In this document: positions 12,506-25,574 of the stretch, one piece after another | How positions within the stretch are numbered: the stretch's first letter is position 1 | Layout: every line of letters starts with the position of its first letter | Assembly (NCBI GenBank): GCA_964036045.1 | Contig: OZ038378.1 | Location: 59,644,001-59,708,000, forward strand | Direction: 5' to 3' | From: Eutreptiella sp. 'Long Island Sound 2002' | Lineage: Eukaryota > Protista > Euglenida | Length of the DNA: 64,000 nt | Translations under genes and position numbers: made by a program | The notes under the pieces: generated by a model | What the model was told of the DNA's origin: nothing | Seen by the model: only the letters and a program-made list of their open reading frames with translations | Databases searched by the model: none

Positions 12506-15500
12506 GTGACCCAAAAAAGACTTGGAGACTCCGGGGTGGGAGACCTCCAAGGCCTGCCAGAGAGGGGGGGTCATAGTGAATCTTTGGCTGCAGTTTGGAG
12601 TTTGAATGTCACCACCCGAAATTAGGCAGAAGGCGATGCGCCCCACACCATCAGCTTCTCGTGTCGGGTGAGCATGAAGGATGGTTTCGCCGTGGCCTTG
12701 GCAAACGAGGGTGAGGTATTGGTGGCTCGCTTTGGCTACCGCCTCAAGAGCGGCCTCTCGATAGTGGATGCCGCCATTCACCGTCCCGGCAGGGGGTTGT
12801 GCAGCGAGGTAATGTGTTGTTCTTGAAAGCCCCCGGCATTGGGGGATCCGCAATGATGATTGGCGGGACAATGCACAGCTCCGCACGCCCAACCATGCCG
12901 GTCGGGGGACTCGCGAGGTCTGACGCGAGGGAGCAGGGGGAGGTCGGCGACGACCCGAAGAGTCGGTCCTCAGCGGGAGACCGGAGGAGCTGAAACCCAA
13001 GCAAGCCCAGCCCAGGCAAACGCCACCGGCCAAGGAAAGTCCCCCAAGCGGCTGCCTCCCGAGGTGCAGAGGAACCCCCACCCCCCATGCACCCCAACAT
13101 CACCCATTGGGTGGTGCAGCAGCACCAATAGCAATCCAAGGAGCACCTCAAGGCCCAACGGGAGTTAGAAACCTTGCGGAAGCGGCTTCAGGTGTTGCGA
13201 ACTGAGACACAAGTGGCTATTTCGGCACGGAAGGTAGCAGAACGGGAAAGGGACCTTCTGTAGGGTCCGGTGGAGGTTCTAAAGCAGCAGCTTTTTGCCC
13301 GTTCAGGGCAGAAGCATAGGCAAGAGCAGCCCCAGCAAGAGCAGCAGGAGGCGGGGCCCACCCCTCCCCACCCCCATCAACCCCGATGGAGTGCTGTTTT
13401 TTTTGCAAGTACACAGGCCTGGATGGGCGCAGCAGAGACAATAACGCGGCAACTGGATGCGGCGTAGGTGCTCGTTTGGTTCCAATTGCAAGCGAAGCGC
13501 CCCAACACGCCATTCGGGGGCGTTCTGCCGCACGTGCGATTTGCGTTGGAGTGGCATGCGTGTGTCGAGCCCCACTACACCCCGGCCCGTGTAGCAATAG
13601 CAGCCATAAACCCCAATTTTAGGATGCCCGCGGAGGGCCCATGAACACCCACAGGCCATTAGCCAAGGGGGTGACAGCAGCCAGCCTGCAGGTAGTCAGG
13701 CCACCGGAAGCCAAGGCCAGTCGGGCCCGCATCCACATTATTTTCGCATGTGTGCTGGCATGTGGCTGTGAATATGAATTTCGCGCGAATTTCGCCCATA
13801 TTCGCCCGAAACTCGCGTGAGTTTAATGAAGGCATTTCAATTTGCTCCTGCAGCTTTCGTGCCATTGAACCATGCCTCTCGGGGGTTGTGATGAACAATT
13901 CTCGTGCATTGCATACATCCAACTGTTTGTGAAAGTGACCCTTATTGCATGCTGCTTTGCTCACTGTGTGCACAATGGCTTGTGGAACTGCAAGGAAGGC
14001 CCCCGGTCCCTTCCAATCCGTGCGTTCCCAAACGCACATGCACCGTACACTGAAATCACTCGAGGATGTAGTTGGGAAGGAGTTGGGAGCCCCTACCCAT
14101 GCCAACTTACCGCGGATTCGGGGCAGATACTGCTAACCCCCGTGAAGGATAGCACGTCACCGGGTTGAGCCACGCAACCGACCCCATGGGACAACATCGT
14201 CGGCGCGGTATGCCGCTTCCGGTCACCCCACCTATCGCGGACAAAGGCCCGGTACCTCACACGGCTGCTAGCATGAGGCGTAACGTGGCCCGACGTCTAC
14301 AACACCCTATTGCAGTTAACCCAGCCAGCCGCTCGAGCCCTCAAAGCGGCAGACGGGAGACGCACCGTCATCTACGGTGTGGCATGCTCCTTGCCTGACG
14401 GCTGAGGTACTTGTATGAGTGCCACCCCATACCTCCTGCGGATGCACGGCAGCCTGGACCCCCCTAGTACCATTGGCATCCCATAGCAATCGACGGCACA
14501 AACCGCCATGAGGCCGGCTATGTGCATTGCACAATCGGGGATACCACTAGTCCTGACAAGCTGCTAACTTGGTGGATACCGGGGGGCTCCGAGCAGTAGT
14601 GCCGCATCTATGCACTAGCGCAAGAGGTGGATTTCCACTACGAGCTGTTTGTTACAAGCAAGGTCACCACAATAGACACTGCAGGGGCACCACTGCAACC
14701 CCTGGTTTTCCTTTGCGCCTATGGAACGCCACAAATCTGGTGAAGGGGGGGCAAGAACTGGAAGGCTGTGTCCCCACACGCAATTGTGTGTTGGGTATGT
14801 GGTCGCAATAGGGCTGATTGCTTGGCCAATTCTGGCACCAGGCAAACAATCCAACTGATGTCGGTTAACTACCTCCACATCAAAGCTGTTTGCCCGCACA
14901 ACTCCTCCGCACGCCGCATTCCTGATTATTGGTAGCACGGTGTTATGCGGCTCTGTTTTTGTGCTATATACGGTATGAGGGATGTTGTAGTGGCAGCCAG
15001 TGGCAAGTTGCTTTCCGTGGTGGCCCACACCCTCCTCCAACCTATACTAAACTTGGTCCAGCTAGCAAGGAAAACATGTTTGCTTGGACTTTAGAATTTG
15101 AGGCGGCGAACTAAAAGGGGAAGGTTCGACTTGAGTGTGCTGCAGCTTCGCCTGGTGCGGTACAAGGGGTGGGAAATCCCCATACGGGAGTGTGTCCATA
15201 AGGGGGGGACGGAAGGGGGACATGTTGCAGGATCCCTCTGGGTGGACGTATGCCGCAAGTGAGGGACCAATTTCAGTGCCATGTGTGTGTTTGCATGGCA
15301 GACACGGTGTTTCGTTGGGGAAGACGTAAAGTCCTTGAGGGAAAATAGTGTTGCAATGGGTGAAGCCCATCTACAGTTGTAGTGGCGGAAATTTTCGTGG
15401 TCACACTTGTGGATAGACCACATGTACTTTTTTCTCGCCGTTGGCGAATCTTCTCCAGATTTGCATGTTTTGCAATGGATGGCAGCCATGGGCAACGAGA

Positions 15501-16100
15501 GCGCATGATGCGCAATGGTGGGGGCCTAATGCTCTTGCGGGGCTTTTTGGGCTGGCAGGTAGTTGTGGATAACCACACCGGTGATGACAGCCTCCGCTGC
15601 GAGGGATGGGATCCCAGCAAGTGGAGCATGCACGGCGAAGAGCTATGCCACTCCTTGCTGCTCAAGCACGCCGAAAGGCACTTAATAACGTAGGCTACCT
15701 CAAGACTTTGCAGCAACAATTCTTGGCCCGCAAGAGGCGGCGTTGACACCGGAACCATTTTTGGAAACGGCATCTCTTGGGGATTTAGGTAACTCGGTGT
15801 CAATTTTGCACCAAATTTGTGCCAAATTTATATTACGTTCGCATTCATAAGCTAACAGGCAGAATGCAATTTTGGAACCATATGAATGGAAGAGAAATGG
15901 GGGCACTAAAGCCGTACTGCACCAATGATAGGTCATCCTTGTTTGTAGTACTCTAGGAAATGTTTCTCTGGAATTTTGGGGCACATAGCTACCGCGTAAG
16001 AAGGGTGGGGACAGGGACTTTATGGCAAAACACGGCCACAATGACACTAGGTGCCACACACATCTAAATGGAACACTGTGCCCCATTCACAAAGGGTACA

Positions 16101-19100
16101 TGCCGCGGCGGTCACCTTCTTGATGAGCCCCGACAGCATGCCAGCGGCAAACGTGCGGCACATGGACTCCCTATTGTAGGATGCCTGGCAGCCCATAAAC
16201 CGCAAATATGCCGATGTAGCCGAGCCTGACCCTGTAGAGTCGGTGTGACCAAACGGGCACCATCTGCAGTGTATTCCCATGGTCTCACACCTTCCAATGG
16301 GGCGCCGGCTTCGCTGGGCTTTGCATAGGATGCACCCCTCGACTCTAAGCCTGGTTGTTTGGAGCCTATAGGACCTGCGCGCCCAACTAGACCGGCTCTT
16401 GGACTGGCTGGCAGCCTTCATGAGGGAAGTCGAGCGCAGGGAGCGCTGGCCCTTGTGCCTAGCTAAAGGCTACATAGCCCTCATCTCCATGGAGGGCCCG
16501 CTAGCGCGGTGGAACACGCGGCCCCTGAGGGTACTCTCCATGATCTACCGCCTCTAGGCGGGGATCATAATGAATGAGGCCATGTGCTAGCAAGATGCGG
16601 ATGCGCATCCGTGGGCCTTTGGCTTTTACCTAGCGCGCAGTGCTTTGGACGACGCCGCCATCACACACGTGCTCCTCGAGGTGTGCTACCTCCAAGGATG
16701 CACGGTATCGGGGATAAGTATTGATTACGTCAAGTGCTTCAATCTAGCTCATGCCCCAAGCCATTGTCTTGGCCCTGGTGTTGCAGCTGGGCATGAAGCC
16801 CGGGACAGCAGGGGCCCTGGGGGCCATGTACAACTAATTCCGCCGCGTCTCTGAAGTTGGGGGCTGCTTGGGGACCTAGTGGCAGGCCACCGACACGTCT
16901 TGTAGCGATGCCCGCTCCCGGTGATCCAAGTGAAAGTGCCTACCATGATGTGGAAGTGGGGAGGTGGACTACCTCTAGTAGCAGGTGTTCGCCGCCACGG
17001 CGGCGCGGCCGCCAAGTCTTGCGGCAGTAGAGGCCGAGAACTCTAAGTGCGGAAGCCAGAGTAGTAGCACCTTGGAGGATCCGGAAGTGCAGTTGTCGCT
17101 GCAAGCGCAGGCGCTAGGGCTCGTGACCCGGGGGTGTCCGGTTATGACGACGTAATCCATACGGCGGCCCCGTGGGCGGGCACTCTATCGCGCACCAGCC
17201 GCACGACAAAGGCGTGGCTCGCCCTCACCGGGCAGGACGTCCGCGTGGACAAAGCCTGCTCCTGTTCCCATGGGGAGAGGGCGGTGCAGTTCGTGCTGCT
17301 GCGAGGCCTTCTCTTGCCACTGGCGGATCGTTTCCGTCAGCTGGGCGTGCACGTGGCCCTGCGGGGAGCCGGCAGCACGGGCCAGGTACTAGAGCGGCGT
17401 GTGGAGGGAGTCGCAGCGTGCTACGCCCGATGCGGCACCTGCCTACCTTGGACCGCAAGATGCGCGCGGTGAGTACCCTTGTCACACCCCTGGCCCTCCA
17501 AGGGCTGGCGTTCGCGTCGGTGCCGGACCAAGACCTCCGGGGCGTCAAGACTATAGTCCTGCGGGCTGTTTGGAGGACCACTGCGCTGTTTGAAGCCAAG
17601 GAGGTGGTCCTCACCGTCCACACAGGGGAGATGCGGCGCGACACCACATCTCCCCAATAATGTGCACCCGCTACGAGTGGGAGAACTAGATGGCAAGGGT
17701 GGCGGTGATGCCAAGACGGTTCCAGGTAATGGAGAAGGCGGTTTGGAAGGACGAGCCTTCCAACATCGCCACCCCAATCGGCGGGCGTCGTGCAGGGCCC
17801 GCACGAGCCGGCCGGTGGTCGAGAACGCCTAGCAGCGGTGGTGGTCCGTATCTGGCGAGACCGAGCCGTTGCACCTAGTGTAGGAGCCACTGCGGTGGAT
17901 CTAGCACCGGGGGTTTGAAAAATTTCGGTGTCACGCAATGCGCACGTTATAGCCCCACCGCCGCGACACCTAGGTGGCCGGGAGACGGGGTCGACGGGGC
18001 GGCTTGTCGGGCGGCGCTTGGCGTGGCGGCCACTGCGCCAAAGGCCTCCCTCCTGCGGGGCTTGCCGGCGGGGGCGCTGTGGACAGCTGCCCACGTGCAG
18101 AGGCCAACATGCGCTTGACGTCCGTTTTTCCCGGTTCTGGCTGCTTTCACAAGGATGAGGCCCACTTCCTCTCAGACTGCCCGGCGAAGGGAGCCGGCCC
18201 GCGCACGCAGGCGGGGGAGGGCCCTAGCCGCGGCAGAGCGGCCATAGCTCGGCCCCCTAAAGCATTTGCCGGGCCGCCTTCGGCTTGCAAGGCTGTTGCC
18301 GATGTCGCTCTGTGCGGTGAGGGCTTGCCCGTTGGCTGGCGCGTTCCTATACAGATTATAGGCGATGTACTTGAGCGGTGCGGGCCGCCCGGTACGTCCA
18401 CACTTGGTCTAGGGCCTTGTGCCAAGGGGAGGCACTCTTCCCCCGTAAACGGGCAATGGGAGGCAAGGGGGGGTTCCCCTGGCAAGAGTTGTGCGGCCTC
18501 TTGCCACTCGTGCCTCGGGCGCCAGCGATGGAGCTGCGCCCTAGGGTCCCCCCGAGATGGCCGTGGGAGCCCGCCTTTGCGCAAGAGCTCCTCCATTCGG
18601 CAGCCGCGTGGCAGAGGCGGGACGGCCTAGGGACCATCACATGGGCGGAGCTCACCTTGAACTGCCAGTCCTTCATGGAACGGGCTATGTCGGCGTCCTC
18701 GCACCTCAAGCTGCGGGGGACATGTGTCCTGCTCAGTGAGTGGACGCACGTGCTGCGGTGGATGTCACACACCCCACAGTGACACATGGCAGCAAAGCGC
18801 CTCCCTCAAGGAGCCCAGAGGACCGTTGTTGGGCCCTCATCCCGTGGAGCGGCCATTTGTGCGCGGCTCCGCATGAACGGCCCTATTTCGCTAGCGGCGG
18901 CAACATGGCGTTGCAGGTGCAAGGCTTGGCCCTGCACGTGCGAGGGGCTTGGCTGAGCCGGCTTCAGACGCTGCCACGCATTCAGCTGGGGGAGCTTCTG
19001 GCCTCCTCATGGCCTATTTTCAGCAAGCCATTTGCAGGAGGAGTGACCCTCCCTCCATACGGCAGGCGCCCGCGCAGCATGTTGGCCTCGGTTTTGGCCG

Positions 19101-19620
19101 CGGCTGTGGCCTAGAGCCCACGGCATGAGTACGAGGGCGGGGGATCCGTCGGCGCGCGATGTGCGTAGCATGGGATCCGCCCCTGCCAGCGCTACAACGT
19201 ATCAAAATTTGTGCCCGTTTCGGAGTCATAGACCATAGGTAGGGCCGAATTATTGGCAATTTTGCAGACGCTTTATGAGGCAGCCATGTATAGACGAACC
19301 TATGGCATGTGCGACTGTGAGTATGTGGTCAACGGGTGTAGTGGGTGGGCGCAGCGATGGCGCCGCAATAACTGGCACCCAAGGGGCTGGGCCACTGGCC
19401 CATGCAAACTTATGGAAAAGAGTTTCAATTTTTGTTGAAGCCTACGGGCCACATGTGACAGTCTATCATGTCCCATCTCATGCGGTATTGACAAAAAATG
19501 AAGATGGGGATACTGCGGGCACGGCTTTGGAGTCCACTCTGGCCTGCCAACAAACTGTTGCTCGCTTTGCGAAAGGAAGGCGAGAGGAAGGACCCGGACA
19601 AGGACCTACACATGGTGGGG
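16101..19620 (+). mobile_element. Decayed LINE-A, 3' part: reverse transcriptase (~16320-17300) and RNase H (~19050-19530)
   Basis: RT motifs: TRPLRVLSMIYRL*A, AFGF, GISIDYVKCFNL (16723), L*RCPL (QGCPL, 16903), GYDDV (17143). RNase H motifs: *TIGRAELLAIL, CDCEYVVNG..WAQRWRRNNW, ANLWK, VYHVPSH, NEDGD. Confidence 0.8.
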
Positions 19621-20315
19621 GTTAGGGAGAGCACCCGGCCTCCACTGCCGGATGACTTTATGCATTGGACACCACAGTCGGTCCTCCGTAGGGCGGACTC
19701 CAGCGTGATCATTTGCACCGGATCAAACACGACCGTTAGATAGGATATTTATCAATTGCGACACACCATTGCCGCAGCACTCACAGGATTTTACAGATTT
19801 TGAGGTACAATCAATAGCATATTTAGCAGGTGAATGCAGGCTGAACTCGCTGTACATACACAAGCACGAAAGATGTATTTAGCCAATAAATGACCACAAG
19901 GCATTGAGGCACCTCAACAACATGGACGATATGAATTTTCGGACCACATTGGTGGGTGTGGTACCTTGTTTGATGAAAACCAATGGATGCCAACGGCGCT
20001 TGCTGCATGGCTAGGTCATCCGTCCTAGGTACCGTGTGGCACATGCGGGGCACCGGGCGCTGGGGCAGGCGCCCCCGCTTCAACGCCAGGCCCGGCTGTG
20101 CAGGTGCTGCACGAGCTACCCGCCAAGCCGGGGCCCCGGCATTCTCCGCTTGGATGGGATAGGCCCGACCGGCCTCATCAACGATGTCCGATAGACCGCC
20201 GAAGCGGTCGGACAAGTGGCAACCGGGGCCGGTGGGTGCCCAGCTATCGCCTTCTAGAGACCGTAACGAACTGCCCGCTGAGCGAGCCCACCACACTTGG
20301 CAGCACAAGACCCCC

Positions 20316-20341
20316 ACCTTCTGAGTGTCTATTTTTTTTGG
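20316..20341 (+). other. Genomic copy of the euglenid spliced-leader exon
   Basis: ACCTTCTGAGTGTCTATTTTTTTTGG versus the Euglena gracilis SL as recalled, ACTTTCTGAGTGTCTATTTTTTTTCG: 24/26 identical, with a 21-nt exact run. No SL-RNA intron or 5S gene was recognised downstream. Confidence 0.85.
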
Positions 20342-20354
20342 TGCCTTATTTGCC

Positions 20355-22017
20355 ATGCTTGCGCGCGTCCCTCTGGCCTGCCGGCAGTGATCGCTGACAC
20401 CAACGCATCGAAACGGCAACTAACAGTCCGCCGTGAACATCTCGAGTACTTGGGCTCGCCGAATGAGTGCCAAAGAGTACATGCAGAAATGGAGGGTGCA
20501 CGGAGAGCCGCGCATCACCATCACGGAGGCCACGCACATTTATCACTTGATGGACTTGAATGAGTATCAATTTGTCGTACAGTCATGCAACTACGTGCAC
20601 AACCTGTTTGATCAAGGAACCATGATCTCTCTGCAAGGAATCACTCAAATGGACACTGCTGAGCAGTTACAGGCAATCATGTTTGGTGAATCGCTGAATG
20701 TACCGATGGTCATTCAAAAGCCGGACATCTTGGAAATGCAGAAATCTGTCCACAAAATGCTAGCTGCACTCGGCAACTTGAATCGCACGGCACTGATCAT
20801 CTTCAATGACACGTCTGAGAGGGTGGGAGTTGCAAATGCGGGTATCAAGCTGAATGAATCAATGCCGGTGAACATGTATTCTTTGACACGATTTGAAAGG
20901 CAGATCACCGATGTAATAGCGCATGCTGAATGTTGGACATGGTTCTTTGTGAGTAATCGGAGATCCAGGGAGTCCTCGCTGGCGCCTGTGTTCAAAACAC
21001 AACGAATGTTTCGTCTCGGTGCTGACCCGGAGAGCAGCATATCCAAGGATGTCGCTATAACAGTCCATCGCTTTAAGGTCCAGGCACACTCCTCGTGGAT
21101 TAAGGATGCTGTTGGTGAAGCCAAAGACATTGCCATCATGCCTGGCACAATCTGCTACGAAAACACTCTTATGACCAAGTAACTGTATCTACAATTCACG
21201 GGAGCCCAGGCGATTGACTTCATTAACAAACATGGGTCCAAGCCTTTCTTCATCATGGAGTATTACAAATGCATCAGAAAGAACCAATTGAAAATCAACC
21301 CCACAAATATGAGGTATACGTGCGGTCCACTCACAAGACCAAGATGAGCCCTTTCCTTTCTTGCTAGTGCTTTCTTTGTTTGGCGACCTGTCAAATGTGC
21401 TCACTAACATGGAGGACCTCATCATCAATGTTGTGTCTGCGACGAAATTGCGCATCAGCCTTAGTCACAAGGCAAATGCACTCCTACAGCAACACGTGGA
21501 AACTATGTACAACAACCATGGTTTATCCTTCTACACTGATGAGTTACATCGAGTTCTGAGGGAAATTGATATCACGTCGGACGCTGCTAGCGATGCAGGA
21601 TCCACAAACTCAACAACGCCGGCAAGTGATGCCATGATACTAGTTGATGTACCACCCTGGTGGGCTGCCCACGAGCTTCGAACTGCTATGTGCTCTATCA
21701 GTGGAACATTTAAGGACTGTGACCTACGAAGGCAGCCATTTTCGGCTGGAGCCGTACGCACAACATCTTGGAGAGCAATCAAAAAGGAGATCAGCAAATT
21801 TGTAGGTACAGTGTTCAAGAGTGCAGATGGTCTGGACAAATTTAGGGCCATCTCTGCCGAGGAATATAATGCTTTGAGAAATGTGAAAAACAAACCAGCG
21901 GGACGTGAAGCCAATCAAGAGAAAAGTTCATCCTCCAATGTCGGAGTCCACATGGATATTGATGAGAGCGTGCTGAACTTTGTGGAAACTGTGTGGCAAA
22001 AGGAGGCTGGGGTCTGA
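20355..22017 (+). pseudogene. LINE ORF1 (~550 codons, disrupted)
   Basis: The ATG at 20355 is in frame with ORF 20433-21182, with two early stops. The frame reads on past the TAA at 21180, shifts near 21310 and joins ORF 21361-22017. Its position upstream of the APE domain defines it as ORF1. Confidence 0.65.
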
Positions 22018-22029
22018 GGAACCCAAGAA

Positions 22030-22940
22030 ATGAGCATCCTTCAGGACATTGCCCTCCACAGTGGGGGAATGGACGCGTGCCCATTCACAGACAAATTTTC
22101 GGTGATGACATACAATTCCAATGGGTTAAACACGGATGTGACTCGAGGGGACGGGGAGTATCAAAGGCATGTACTCTTGTTGGGAGCAGCAGTCAAACAT
22201 GGTATTTCTGTTGTCGGAGTTCAAAAGCCTCATGGCAAGCTATGGGAAGACTACACGTCCGTTCACCGTACGGCCGGATTGACATCCTTTCACTTCCTGG
22301 GTAACCTGAATCCAGGTGGAAGGGGTGCTTCAGCCATATAATGGTCTAATATGTGGGAACACATTTCCAGCTTTCACTCTCCCCCAGACTCATGTTTGTG
22401 TACCTAAGACATAATTATGGTCCCAAAGTTTTCTTCATGGTGGGTCACTAGCACCACTTACCTACGCTGCGCAAAGAACAATGGTTCCCGATCAAACGAA
22501 TCATCAAGAATTTTGAGGGACGTCTCATAATCTTGTGTGATCACAACTCTGTAACAATACCCGGAGTTGACAGCCTGCGAGCTGACATCACCCATACCTT
22601 CTGCGGTCGTGCAGAGCAGGGAAGCTGAGCTGGGGGCCCTGGCTTCAGCAAAATTCAGTGACTCTTGGGTCGCTCCGTTTCGGAATCATGATGATCTAAG
22701 CTTTTACCCCTTTGGCTGGACTTATGGTTTTGCCGCTATTCATAGAGATCAAGATACACCAAACGTCAAAAGACAGAAAACGGATACACCACAACAATCG
22801 GAAGAGCACACATCCACCACACCGCATATCCTTGGGAGACTCGCCAAAGTGCATGTAAGTGATTGTGATGTGGGTTGTGTAGGCGGGCCCTATGCCACTT
22901 TTTTAGCACAGTCAGACCACAAAGCAGTCATTGTGGCCAT
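22030..22940 (+). pseudogene. ORF2 APE endonuclease domain
   Basis: VMTYNSNGLN, VGVQKPH, IILCDHNS, FSDSW, GWTY, LAKVHV, QSDHKAV; frameshifts near 22335 and 22580. Confidence 0.8.
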
Positions 22941-23654
22941 TACAACGCGCATTCGCTCGAAAAAGGGACATAGGAACAGGGTATGTCCTGATATGCTCTC
23001 TTGTGACGCCTCCACCAATGAACTCCGACGACGGTTGGAGTCCATCCCAAAAGATGCAGAGGATTGGTGGGATGTGTCAGCCTCCCTGATACGGGAGGCG
23101 GCAGCGCATTACAGTCCGGTTAGGGTTAGGACGGGAAATTCCAAATGTGCCAGTCAGGTTGTCTCTGTATTATATCGGAGCTCGGTTAACAGAGTGTGTG
23201 GTGAAGGATGGGACTTGCTCCGGGATCGGGGAATTGAGCCTCCAACACATGAGATTGCATACAAGGCACCGAGTCAAATTTTTGATAACTTACAGCAAGA
23301 TTTTCAGGGACAAACTGTTTTGGCGAAACTGCAAGATCTCTTGAAAGAAGATGAGGAATTTGATCTCACATGCAGTGAAAGGGTGAGTCAGGTATACAGA
23401 CTGATGAAACAGTTGAACAATCTCAGGACTATGTGTGCGCTTCGTGAGTCTGAGCATATTGGTACCTCTCCACTGGATGTGGCGGGAAAGATGAGGGGCT
23501 TCTGGAACACAGTAATGGTGCAGGGCACCAGCACGGTTTCGGAAATGACCCTGTATCTTAAAAGCCTCCCAAAATTCCACAGACGTGCAGTGCAGTCAGG
23601 TTTGCTCCTGCGACCCCATGATTACCCGCTGACAGTCAGAGCACTGCATAGGGC

Positions 23655-24514
23655 CTTCACCAGGTGAGGATGGAATTCGTGCACACTTCTATCAGACCAT
23701 GGGTGAGGCTTTTCTACCTCAAATGCACTCCCCTGTACAACGCATCTTTGACAAAGGAGTCATACCACCCAATTGGGTGGTAGGTTTGATCAATTCGGTG
23801 CCTAAGGTCACAGGAGTCCCACAAGTGGAACAATTGAGACCCATTGCGCTCCAGAATGTCATTCTCAAATGGTTCAGCAACATACCGTTTATGGTGTTGG
23901 AACCTTGCATTGACTACCTCGTTCCCCTGTCCCAAAAAGGTTCAATTCGTGGTAAGAAGATCTTTGAGCATTTTTGGGATACAGTGGGAGGGTGGTTTCA
24001 TATGGAGCATGGTGCGTTTGTCTCGGTTGACTTCTCCAAAGCCTACGACACCATTTTATTCAACTTCTGCATTGCTGTGTTTCAAGTCATGGGTATCCCA
24101 CAGTTTTTGATTCAAGTCATTCTTGCGCTTCTAAGAGCACCACGCAAATGCATTTTCAATGGACAAATTGTACATGAGATCATGCATGTGCCACAGTCCG
24201 GGATTAGACAGGGTGATCCGCTTTCACCCTATTTGTTTGTGCTTATGGTGTCCCCGTTATTGTATGATTTACGGCAGCACTACCTCAGTGCAGTACCACG
24301 AATGTATGTGGACGACCTAGCACTAATCTTTACAGGTCAGAGTACTCAGGTGCATGCTATGGTTATGCAGGTTTTGCACAGATTGCGAATTGTTTCCAAC
24401 TTATCCGGGCTTAAAATCAATGTGGACAAGAGCAAGCTGCTCCTGAAAGGGGACTTGAGCCCTGCCGATTATAGAGACACACAACTCCTCATTGTCTCCG
24501 AGTTGAAATATTAG
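23655..24514 (+). pseudogene. ORF2 reverse transcriptase domain (L1-like)
   Basis: SPGEDG..FYQ, LRPIALQNVILK, QKGSIRGKKI, VDFSKAYD, GIRQGDPLSPYLF, MYVDDL, SGLKINVDKS. Confidence 0.92.
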
Positions 24515-24583
24515 GGGGTCTGAATTGGCCACATCACAACGGAACAAGCATTTGCTGAGTGTCTTGCAATTGCGCCGAAAAGA

Positions 24584-24639
24584 CCACAGTTCTTGCGTAA
24601 GCTACCGCTGGCCACAGCTCTTGCGTAAGCTACCGCTGG
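24584..24639 (+). repeat. 28-bp tandem duplication that frameshifts ORF2
   Basis: CCACAG(T/C)TCTTGCGTAAGCTACCGCTGG twice. Removing one copy restores FLRKLPL-GLNERVLILKIWFLP. Confidence 0.85.
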
Positions 24640-25523
24640 GTCTAAATGAGAGGGTACTGATTCTCAAAATTTGGTTCTTGCCGCTCCTGAATTTCACAGC
24701 CCGAGCATATCAGCCCAATGACCTGGTAATTTCACAGCTCTGCAAAATATATCGGGTGGGATTAAAGCTTAGCAGTTGGTCTGTCACGTTACCGATACTG
24801 TCACAGCCGCCAGGGAAAGGGTACAACCTTCTGCAGCCAGAGGCTTACCTGCATTGGCAATTTGCACACATGTTTGTTAGCTTCATTAGGCAGCCACACA
24901 AATTATCGGCTGACATCGTGCAGCCAATGACAAACTCGTCCAAACGCATTGGGCTGGTTCAGCATCCAAGGTTCTGACCACTGTTGCAAATAGGCATCAC
25001 AGAGTGGAAGCATGTGCCTTATTTGGGGTTGTCAGGTAAAAGCTTTTTGTGGCTCAAGCAGCGGGATGAACTGTATGCATCACCACTGGTCTCCCTGCAA
25101 AACCTACCTCTGTGGCACAATGCACTGTGTCAAAATGAGAATCATCACAACTATCACTTTCCTCAGCTAGTCAGGAAAGGAGTTGTATATTGGCATGACA
25201 TCTCTCATGACACCCTGATTAAAGGAATAGCACACACATGCAAATCCCCCTTTCGAATTGCTGGCAGGAGACTGCTGCACTGTGCCCATTTCAATCCGAT
25301 TGAGCTCTCTTGTCCCAGCTTCTGGGAGACCTGAGGATCCCGTGATATCGTGAAAAACATCCTCACTCTTCCAGTTGGTTTCTGCAAGGAGTCACGGTTT
25401 CCTAGGAAATACTTCAAGCCCAACCAGTATCCTCCATAGCCCCGGGACTTCATACATCGAGCGCTGCGGGGAAAACTTAGCACAGAAGACAGAATACAGC
25501 CACTGACTAGGCACGTTGTGGGA

Positions 25524-25574
25524 TCTCCCACTTGTGGAGCTGAAGAGGAGAATTTGCACTTCCTATTTCACTGC
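25524..25574 (+). pseudogene. ORF2 C-terminal Zn-knuckle relic
   Basis: SPTCGAEEENLHFLFHC resembles CxxC..E...H....C with the first Cys lost. Confidence 0.6.

Larger units (their letters stand above)
8935..16100. mobile_element. 7166-bp insertion bounded by 15-bp perfect terminal inverted repeats (putative DNA transposon with nested relics)
   Basis: TGTACCCTTTGTGAA at 8935-8949 and its reverse complement TTCACAAAGGGTACA at 16086-16100. TG flanks both sides. Removing the insert rejoins the LINE-A reading frame. Confidence 0.7.

Noticed and set aside
14100-14750. PIF1/Helitron helicase hints (DSGQI, FPLRL)
   Set aside because: Isolated short matches without the other helicase motifs.
14400-15400. 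Possible Ty3/gypsy RT relic on the minus strand (WASPI, KQTCF, VYSTKTEPH, QLR..RFV)
   Set aside because: Motif spacing departs from the gypsy pattern and the frames are inconsistent. It needs an HMM search before it can be called.
20316-20420. Bona fide SL RNA gene
   Set aside because: The downstream sequence leads to an ATG and LINE ORF1. No recognisable SL intron, Sm site or linked 5S rRNA gene.
24553-24563. Second SL-like match CTGAGTGTCT
   Set aside because: Only 10 nt, inside the ORF2 coding frame and without the T-run, so consistent with chance.
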